Part shown: positions 26,346 through 32,180 of the stretch, piece by piece
How the letters are laid out: every line of letters starts with the position of its first letter
Numbering within the stretch: the stretch's first letter is position 1
NCBI GenBank assembly: GCA_014378345.1
Contig: JACMNW010000052.1
Location: 1-32,180, forward strand
Length of the DNA: 32,180 nucleotides
Direction: 5' to 3'
DNA from: Pseudorhodobacter sp.
GTDB taxonomy: Bacteria > Pseudomonadota > Alphaproteobacteria > Rhodobacterales > Rhodobacteraceae
Translations under genes and position numbers: made by a program
Notes under the pieces: generated by a model
Told to the model about the DNA's origin: nothing
Database searches by the model: none
The model's input: the letters and a program-made list of their open reading frames with translations, nothing else

Positions 26346-27632
26346 TCACACCTCTTCGATGCGGATCGCGACGGGATCGCCTACCAGCACGCCGGTCGCA
26401 GCAAAACGGCCCATTGCATGATTAACGTCATCCCGCGTGGCTTTGTGGGTCACGATCAAAACCGGCGCATGTGCCCCTGCATGGCCATATTGGCGCATCC
26501 GGTCGATGGAAATGCCAGCGTCGCCCAATGCCGTGGCAATTTTTGCCAAAGCGCCGGGTTTATCCAGCAGGGTCATGCGCATGTAATAGGGGGCAGGTGT
26601 CGCTGCCGCCGCCGCAATCGGGGTGGCAAGGCTGGCAGCGGGTCTGCCAAAGGTGGAAAGCCGTGTTCCCCGCGCAATGTCCATCACATCGGCCATCACG
26701 GCACTTGCGGTTGGCCCGGCACCAGCCCCCGCACCGCGCATCACGATCTGGCCCACCGCGTCGCCTTCCAGCACCACCATGTTGGTGCCACCTTGCAGTT
26801 GCCCAAGCGGGCTGTCTGCAGGCACCAGGCACGGCGTCATACGCTGTTCCAACCCGCGCCCGGTCATCTGCGCCACGCCCAGAAGCTTGATCTTGAACCC
26901 CATATCGGCAGCCAGTTTGATGTCGTCTATAGAAATCGCGCCAATGCCTTCCATCTCGACGGCGTCAAAACTAACGCGGGTGCCAAAGGCGATGGCGGCC
27001 AGCAATGACAGTTTATGCCCCGCATCAATGCCGCCCACATCAAGGTTAGGGTCGGCCTCCAGATAGCCAAGCTGCCGCGCTTCTTCAAAAACGGTGTCAT
27101 AGGGCAGTCCGGCACTTTCCATGCGGGTCAAAATGTAATTGCAGGTACCGTTCATGACGCCCATCACCCGCCGCATCGCGTTGCCAGCCAAGCCTTCGGT
27201 CAATGCCTTGATAACAGGAATTCCGCCCGCAACAGCCGCTTCAAAGCGAATGACGCGGCCCCGGTCTTCCGCCGCTTCGGCCAGCGATTGGCCATGATGC
27301 GCCAGCAACGCCTTGTTTGCCGTCACGACGTCTTTGCCCGAAGCAATTGCAGCCATAGTCGCGTCACGCGCGGGCCCTTCGGACCCGCCTATTACTTCGA
27401 CAAACACATCGATATCTTCGCGTTTGGCCAGTGTTACGGGGTCGGCTTCCCAGGCATAGCCAGACAGATCGGCATCTCTGTTCTTTGTTTGGTCGAGTGC
27501 AGATACGGCAGTGATAACCACCGCGCGTCCCGTCCGGGCCGCGATCAAATCGGCATGGCGCTGAACAATACCAACAACACCGATACCAACCGTGCCAAGC
27601 CCGGCAAGTCCAAGACGCAATGGGGCGGGCAT
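26346..27632 (-). CDS. hom: homoserine dehydrogenase (with C-terminal ACT domain)
   Basis: The ORF is 26346-27647. The ATG at 27632 (MPAPLRLGLAGLGTVG) has GGAGA 6 nt upstream, while the ATG at 27647 has no SD. The NAD-binding N-terminus, the catalytic core (VVTANKALLA, GIxNGTxNYIL-like MNGTCNYILT) and an ACT-like tail are present. Confidence 0.92.
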   Translation of the reverse strand: MPAPLRLGLAGLGTVGIGVVGIVQRHADLIAARTGRAVVITAVSALDQTKNRDADLSGYAWEADPVTLAKREDIDVFVEVIGGSEGPARDATMAAIASGKDVVTANKALLAHHGQSLAEAAEDRGRVIRFEAAVAGGIPVIKALTEGLAGNAMRRVMGVMNGTCNYILTRMESAGLPYDTVFEEARQLGYLEADPNLDVGGIDAGHKLSLLAAIAFGTRVSFDAVEMEGIGAISIDDIKLAADMGFKIKLLGVAQMTGRGLEQRMTPCLVPADSPLGQLQGGTNMVVLEGDAVGQIVMRGAGAGAGPTASAVMADVMDIARGTRLSTFGRPAASLATPIAAAAATPAPYYMRMTLLDKPGALAKIATALGDAGISIDRMRQYGHAGAHAPVLIVTHKATRDDVNHAMGRFAATGVLVGDPVAIRIEEV

Positions 27633-27704
27633 AGAATTCTCCGTCATCTATTCTTCTGACGGTGTGTTAGCGGGTTGCGCGCAGGCTTGCAACGAAAGGC
27701 CGCA

Positions 27705-27941
27705 CTAGTTTTCTGCGGCCCGTGCACGCAATAACTTGGCGCGCGCCGCCCATGCCTTGGCTGCTGCGTCCTCGGCATCGCCGCCATTGGCTTGCGCCAA
27801 AAGGCCGTCCAGCGGAAGCAGATCAAGCGGTTGATCAGACGGCGGAATGCGCGCGCCTGCCTCCAGACCCGGTGGCGGGCTGCACGCGGCAAGCAAAGCC
27901 AGCACACCGCCTAATGCTATTCTGGGTAGGGCCACTAGCAC
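27705..27941 (-). CDS. putative small lipoprotein (78 aa), GTG start
   Basis: The ORF track gives 27705-28043, but that overlaps the pirin 3' end. The in-frame GTG at 27939-27941 gives VLVALPRIALGGVLALLAAC-SPPPG, a signal peptide with lipobox L-A-A-C. I saw no homology, and an SD is not obvious. Confidence 0.35.
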   Translation of the reverse strand: MLVALPRIALGGVLALLAACSPPPGLEAGARIPPSDQPLDLLPLDGLLAQANGGDAEDAAAKAWAARAKLLRARAAEN

Positions 27942-28014
27942 ACTCCGCGCATCATAGATGTGCACACTACCGCTGACTGGGGTGGCACGGCAATGCCAAA
28001 CCCCCCGGTTCGCT

Positions 28015-28926
28015 TTAATGCGCAGGCTTGATGAACGTCCCATTGCGCAATTCGGCCATCGCCTGTTGCAGTTCTGCTTGCGTGTTCATTACGATCGGGC
28101 CGTGCCACGCCACCGGTTCCTGGATAGGTGCGCCGGAAATCAGCAAGAACCGAATGCCGTCGGGCCCCGCCTGAACGGTCACTTCGTCGCCGGTGCCAAA
28201 CTGTATCAGCGTGCGGTCGCCCGAAAGGTCGCGAATATTGACTTCTTCGCCGCGCACTTCCTTTTCCAGCAGCACACCGCGGGGACGGCTTGCGTCGCGA
28301 AATGTGCCTGTGCCATCAAAAATGTAGGCAAATGCGCGGCGGTATGTATCGACCTTGAATACTTTGCGAAGCCCCGGAGGCACGTAAATATCCAGATATT
28401 GCGGATCGGCAGCAATGCCATCCACCGGGCCGGTTTTCCCCCAAAACGACCCGACGATAACCTTCACGACCGTGCCGTCATCGTCCATAATTTCCGGGAT
28501 ATCGCGACCCTTCACGTCTTGATAGCGCGGCGCTGTCATCTTCAGACTTGCAGGCAGGTTTGCCCATAACTGAAAGCCGTGCATCTGACCCTTGGCATTT
28601 CCCTTCGGCATTTCTTGATGCAGAATGCCGCGCCCGGCTGTCATCCACTGCACATCGCCGCCGCGCAGGGTGCCGACATTGCCCAAACTGTCGCCATGAT
28701 CAACTGACCCGGCCAACACATAGGTGATCGTTTCAATCCCCCGGTGGGGATGCCACGGAAACCCGCGATAAAAGTCTTCCGGGCGGTCATTGCGGAAATC
28801 GTCAAACAGCAAGAAAGGATCCATTTGTTCGGGGTTCTGAAACCCAAAAGCGCGGTGCAAATGCACGCCAGCACCCTCCATCGTTGGCATGGCTAGGTTT
28901 TGATGAACGATAGGCCGGATTGACAT
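28015..28926 (-). CDS. pirin family protein
   Basis: The ORF is 28015-29025. The ATG at 28926 (MSIRPIVHQ...) is preceded by AAGGAAG. It has the pirin bicupin metal motif (FPWHPHRGIETITYVL...GD...QWMTAGRGILHQE) and a typical length of about 300 aa. Confidence 0.9.
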   Translation of the reverse strand: MSIRPIVHQNLAMPTMEGAGVHLHRAFGFQNPEQMDPFLLFDDFRNDRPEDFYRGFPWHPHRGIETITYVLAGSVDHGDSLGNVGTLRGGDVQWMTAGRGILHQEMPKGNAKGQMHGFQLWANLPASLKMTAPRYQDVKGRDIPEIMDDDGTVVKVIVGSFWGKTGPVDGIAADPQYLDIYVPPGLRKVFKVDTYRRAFAYIFDGTGTFRDASRPRGVLLEKEVRGEEVNIRDLSGDRTLIQFGTGDEVTVQAGPDGIRFLLISGAPIQEPVAWHGPIVMNTQAELQQAMAELRNGTFIKPAH

Positions 28927-29022
28927 GGTCGCTTCCTTTGATGCGGGTGGGTTGCGTTGAAAATAGCCCGCATTCCTGCCCCCATCAATGCCTGCCCATT
29001 GCAGACCTGATGTGCAAATACG

Positions 29023-29053
29023 CAAAAAACCCCAGATTCCACACCCTGGGTCT
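29023..29053 (-). terminator. rho-independent terminator after the Tad-like cluster
   Basis: The minus-strand RNA is AGACCCAGGGUGUGGAAUCUGGGGUUUUUUG. The stem is ACCCAG/CUGGGGU (one bulged G), followed by a run of six U. It lies about 28 nt after the stop at 29081. Confidence 0.5.
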
Positions 29054-29080
29054 CTTTCGATTTCCTGCCTGCCGTGCGAT

Positions 29081-29650
29081 TTACGTGCAGACCCGTCCTG
29101 TCATGCAGGTCGGGGCCACAAATCGCGGCCGTGTAATGATGAATTGTTTCAGCGTTATCGGGTTCATGCCAATGTTGAATGCAGGAACATAGGGCGTTTC
29201 GGTTTCCACAATCGTGGCATAGTCGGCATCCGACATATTCGGAATGCGCGTCTTCAGGTCTTGCAAAGTTGCGGTGGTCAACTCGGGCAGTTTTAACGCT
29301 GTGGGGCCGGGCGAATAAGACCAGAGCACTTCAAACTGAAGGTTGGTCTGCTTGTAGGTAATGCTGGTGATCCGCATTTTTACGTCTTGATCGCGATCAA
29401 TCAACAGCTCCATAACGTCGCGCAATTTGTCAAAATATGTCATGTCTACGGTTTTCATCTCGCGTGAGATGATATCCGAAATTGTGTAGGATGCTTTTTG
29501 CACGGTATTCATCGACCGGAACGAATCCCAGTACACAAACATCGCCAGAAAAGCCCAAAGCAGCACGGGCAGCACGATCACGGTTTCGGCCATAACTGTA
29601 CCCGTTTCATCACGCGCAAACTGTTTCAGGGTTTGACTTAAGGCAAACAT
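29081..29650 (-). CDS. TadE/TadF-like minor (pseudo)pilin family protein
   Basis: 189-aa ORF with AAGGAG 7 nt before the ATG. The N-terminus is ARDETG/TVMAETVIVLPVLLWAFLAMFVYW, that is, Gly followed by Glu at +5 and a hydrophobic helix, as in the TadE-like domain. Confidence 0.8.
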   Translation of the reverse strand: MFALSQTLKQFARDETGTVMAETVIVLPVLLWAFLAMFVYWDSFRSMNTVQKASYTISDIISREMKTVDMTYFDKLRDVMELLIDRDQDVKMRITSITYKQTNLQFEVLWSYSPGPTALKLPELTTATLQDLKTRIPNMSDADYATIVETETPYVPAFNIGMNPITLKQFIITRPRFVAPTCMTGRVCT

Positions 29651-29661
29651 TTACGCGCTCC

Positions 29662-30201
29662 TTAACTGGGTTCGTTCGAAAACGCAGAGACGGTAACAAT
29701 CTTAATTCCGCCGCCATTTGTCGTTCTGGTAAGGTCCAGACCGATCCCCGTGGTCGGGAACAAAGCATCAACGATGATGCACGCACGAACCAGCATAAGT
29801 TCATTCTCAGCGCCAATTTGTAGGGTCGTGCTAGGCTTTATCGGTAGACTAAGGTCGCGGCATTCCGGGCTGGTTGTGGGCATAATTGCATCGGATGTGC
29901 TGATCTTTTGCAATTCAATCATTATGTTTGCAGCACAATTATTGAACACTACCGTACGGTTGCAGATTTCTGTCTTCAACTTATCTGTAGTCACAGGTGA
30001 TGGGTAATGCCCAAGTCGAAGTTCGCGCATCACAATGTCAACAGATTGTTCCAGCATGATTTTGCGCGTCATGAACAGGCCGCTTTCAAACGACGCCATG
30101 AAAATCATCATCAAAACCGGTATCGCCATCACAAATTCTATAGATGCAACTCCGCCTTCATCGCGCCAAGCGCGCAGAAAGCTTTTGCCAATCCGTTTCA
30201 C
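29662..30201 (-). CDS. TadE/TadF-like minor (pseudo)pilin family protein, GTG start
   Basis: The track ORF 29662-30642 runs 441 nt into the upstream gene. The in-frame GTG at 30199-30201 overlaps the upstream TGA (GTGA). It gives VKRIGKSFLRAWRDEGG/VASIEFVMAIPVLMMIFMASFESG, a classic G/xxxxEF TadE-type leader plus helix. Confidence 0.75.
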   Translation of the reverse strand: MKRIGKSFLRAWRDEGGVASIEFVMAIPVLMMIFMASFESGLFMTRKIMLEQSVDIVMRELRLGHYPSPVTTDKLKTEICNRTVVFNNCAANIMIELQKISTSDAIMPTTSPECRDLSLPIKPSTTLQIGAENELMLVRACIIVDALFPTTGIGLDLTRTTNGGGIKIVTVSAFSNEPS

Positions 30202-31922
30202 TGGGTCAACCTCAGCTGGCTGATGTTGGTTGCAATGGTGCGGAATGCGTCTTTGATCGTGGTGGGAGAGGATATGAAGAAATACGAAGCGCCGGATGAA
30301 CACTGCGAAATCATCTGTTGCCCAAAAGTGGGCGCATCGAAGGCAATGCCGTAGATCAGCACGTTCGCCTTGGATTTTGCCTGCGAACAGATGGTTTGCA
30401 GTTGCGTGTCCATGGTTGTGGTCGGCGTCAGAGCGCGGAAATTCGTCATCCAGGTCGTGTAGAGACTGGATCTGGTCGACGTGCTGGTGCCAAGCGCGCG
30501 CGCATATAACTGCCATGCCACGTAGCTTACCCGCAGGTCTGTCCACACTTGCTTCCACGGCAGTTGCGTACCGTTGCTCCATTTTGTTGCCGACCAAGCG
30601 CTTGAAACATCGCTGCCATCTATGCACTTGGAGGATGTGCACAGATGAGGCACATAGAACGTTTTAGTTCCCGCACCTGATGGGCGTGTTCCTGTATGCT
30701 GTATCGAGTAGTAGCCATCCGTGGCTTTGTAGATGGGCGACATACCATCTTTGTAATCGGTATTCATCCGTTCTTCGGCGAAGTGTTCACCGTCAGTCAT
30801 CAAAACGATCACTTTCAGCGCTTCGGGATCCGTGTATTCAAATGGACGAACCGCAAACTTAGTTGGAATTGCGCCTGCTCCCGCCAGATCGCTAAACACC
30901 GACCGCGATCCTGGGTCAAGCAGGGTCAGGCCCCATTTCAAACCAGCGTTGATCGATGTTGCACCCGTGGCGACCATACCGTCGATGTAGCTTTGCAATA
31001 AGGTAATGCTGTTGATCGGCGGACGCATTATATTTGCTGTCGTCGGCGTCTGTGGGCCGCACCACCGGTTCCCGGCAACTGGTGCGTTACTGCTGGGCGC
31101 GACATAAGTGGTTGTCGAAGGCACAGTCTGCGAATTGCCGCCGACCCCTGACATTGAAGAATAGGTATCTGCATAAGTGGTGGTCGGCAGTGCCAGGTTA
31201 CGGTCCATCGACGTGGTTGTGTAAACGCTGGATGGCAAGTCAACGCAGGCTGTTCCAGCAATGCCGGTTGGCAGTGTGACATTATACAATGGGGCAATCG
31301 TGGGCCCAAGGTTCACCTGCCCATTGTAGGGCACCAGCCCAATCGAAATACGGTCATCGCCATCGCTTAGCAGTACGGTGTTGACAAATTCTTTGGCTGC
31401 CGATTTCAGGTTGGTGATTTTTGTACCTTGCATCGAACCTGACACGTCAAGCACCAGTGCGATTTCAACGTTGGTGATACGCTGCTCCGCGGTTGATACA
31501 CCGGGGGCGTTTAGAGTGTTAATCCCAATCATGTGCAGGAAAATTGGCTTGGTATCCGCCAACGCCCGAGCGTTAACATTGCGGAAATTCAGACCTTCGG
31601 AAACGGTCACTGACTTCAGGTCTTGGGTCAACCCGGCCTTGGCAAAATAGTCCCGAACCACGGCTTCGGGATTAAGGGTTTGCGACAGGCTGGCTGCGGC
31701 CAAAGTCGATCTGTCCAGCGTGTTTTGCAATGACGTGCGCGTTGTTTCATACCGCATCAGATCAACGGCAAGCCCGCCCATCATGACCATGACAAGGAAC
31801 AACACCAGTGCAAAAACCAGCACTGCCCCGTCTTCATCTTTGGCAAATCGCTTGTGCGCAGCAATAACAGCGCCTCGGAAATCATTGGGAATTGAATTAC
31901 GTTTCAAAATCATGCTCTCCAT
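30198..31922 (-). CDS. TadG-like protein: Tad_N-type N-terminal helix + von Willebrand factor A (vWA) domain
   Basis: The ORF is 30198-32066. The start is uncertain: Met at 31922 or 31913 is preferred, since the first 48 codons look non-protein-like. It contains KRFAKDEDGAVLVFALVLFLVMVMMGGLAVDLMRY...LQNTLDRSTLAAA (TadG N-terminal domain). The vWA MIDAS residues are DVSGS (LVLDVSGSMQG), a Thr in ATGATSINAG and LMTDGE. Confidence 0.85.
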   Translation of the reverse strand: MESMILKRNSIPNDFRGAVIAAHKRFAKDEDGAVLVFALVLFLVMVMMGGLAVDLMRYETTRTSLQNTLDRSTLAAASLSQTLNPEAVVRDYFAKAGLTQDLKSVTVSEGLNFRNVNARALADTKPIFLHMIGINTLNAPGVSTAEQRITNVEIALVLDVSGSMQGTKITNLKSAAKEFVNTVLLSDGDDRISIGLVPYNGQVNLGPTIAPLYNVTLPTGIAGTACVDLPSSVYTTTSMDRNLALPTTTYADTYSSMSGVGGNSQTVPSTTTYVAPSSNAPVAGNRWCGPQTPTTANIMRPPINSITLLQSYIDGMVATGATSINAGLKWGLTLLDPGSRSVFSDLAGAGAIPTKFAVRPFEYTDPEALKVIVLMTDGEHFAEERMNTDYKDGMSPIYKATDGYYSIQHTGTRPSGAGTKTFYVPHLCTSSKCIDGSDVSSAWSATKWSNGTQLPWKQVWTDLRVSYVAWQLYARALGTSTSTRSSLYTTWMTNFRALTPTTTMDTQLQTICSQAKSKANVLIYGIAFDAPTFGQQMISQCSSGASYFFISSPTTIKDAFRTIATNISQLRLTQ

Positions 31923-32180
31923 CACTCGTTCATGCGCACCGACCCGACCACCGTCCGGACAGGCGTCCAGAATCTTCAGGTTCAATGCGCTACTAATCGC
32001 CGGGGTAAGGCGGAAATATGGCGGATTGCCGCCGATAGATACGAAATTCGATGTCCGTCGAAACACTTCGTCCCGGCTTGCCTGATTGTTGATTGAACGC
32101 TGACATTGGCTGCAAATCCGACCAACGCGCGGCTGACGTATGCGAGCGGCAAGACAGGCAAGCGCGGCCCAACCTTACGC

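Noticed and set aside
27015-27659. 214-aa plus-strand ORF opposite hom (and similar ones at 26418-27008 and 3381-3992)
   Set aside because: These are shadow frames antisense to genes with strong family signatures. Their translations are Arg/His/Gly-rich.
30202-30642. N-terminal 147 codons of the 326-aa track ORF 29662-30642
   Set aside because: This part overlaps the 3' end of the TadG-like gene in another frame and has a His/Arg-rich nonsense-like sequence. The TadE-like domain begins right after an in-frame GTG that overlaps the upstream stop (GTGA), so the real gene is about 179 aa.
31923-32066. First 48 codons of the 622-aa TadG-like ORF
   Set aside because: The sequence (MFRRTSNFVSIGGNPPYFRLTPAISS...) precedes the typical TadG N-terminal helix by an unusual distance and has no SD. 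The internal Met codons at 31922/31913 give a family-typical N-terminus. This is kept only as an alternative start.

Overview
This 32 kb window reads as ordinary chromosomal backbone from a moderately GC-rich alphaproteobacterium. The gene order looks Rhodobacterales-like, but the taxon is inference only. I can support about 29 protein genes, one tRNA-Glu(UUC), one badly decayed pseudogene and a few RNA or DNA structural elements. From left to right: (1) a glutamine-synthetase-family ligase (runs off the left edge), an N-formylglutamate-amidohydrolase-family enzyme and a divergent RpiR regulator; (2) a 2-hydroxyacid dehydrogenase and a DUF1345 membrane protein; (3) the complete elongasome operon mreB-mreC-mreD-mrdA-rodA; (4) leuA with a candidate Leu-rich leader ORF; (5) an SDR plus FeS-type (6-4) photolyase/cryptochrome pair; (6) a secreted protein made of 18 MORN repeats; (7) nadE; (8) an exo/endonuclease/phosphatase pseudogene; (9) an 11-TM membrane protein followed by an H-NOX-like gene and an HNOBA-GGDEF diguanylate cyclase; (10) a lytic transglycosylase; (11) tRNA-Glu; (12) recJ, glpX, hom, a small putative lipoprotein and pirin; (13) a three-gene Tad-type minor-pilin/vWA cluster. 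I saw no rRNA, CRISPR array, transposase, integrase, phage gene or recognisable defence system. The most interesting candidate is the membrane protein / H-NOX-like / HNOBA-GGDEF module at 18788-22215. Its H-NOX-like protein appears, by hand alignment, to lack the proximal heme histidine and the Y-x-S-x-R heme-propionate motif, so the ligand sensed may not be heme-bound NO. Secondary candidates are the leuA leader ORF ending in GLLLLTLR, a plus-strand-oriented terminator in a minus-strand-only neighbourhood (possible sRNA), the all-MORN secreted protein, and the stand-alone TadG(vWA)-TadE-TadE cluster. All family assignments are by eye from motifs. No database search was run.
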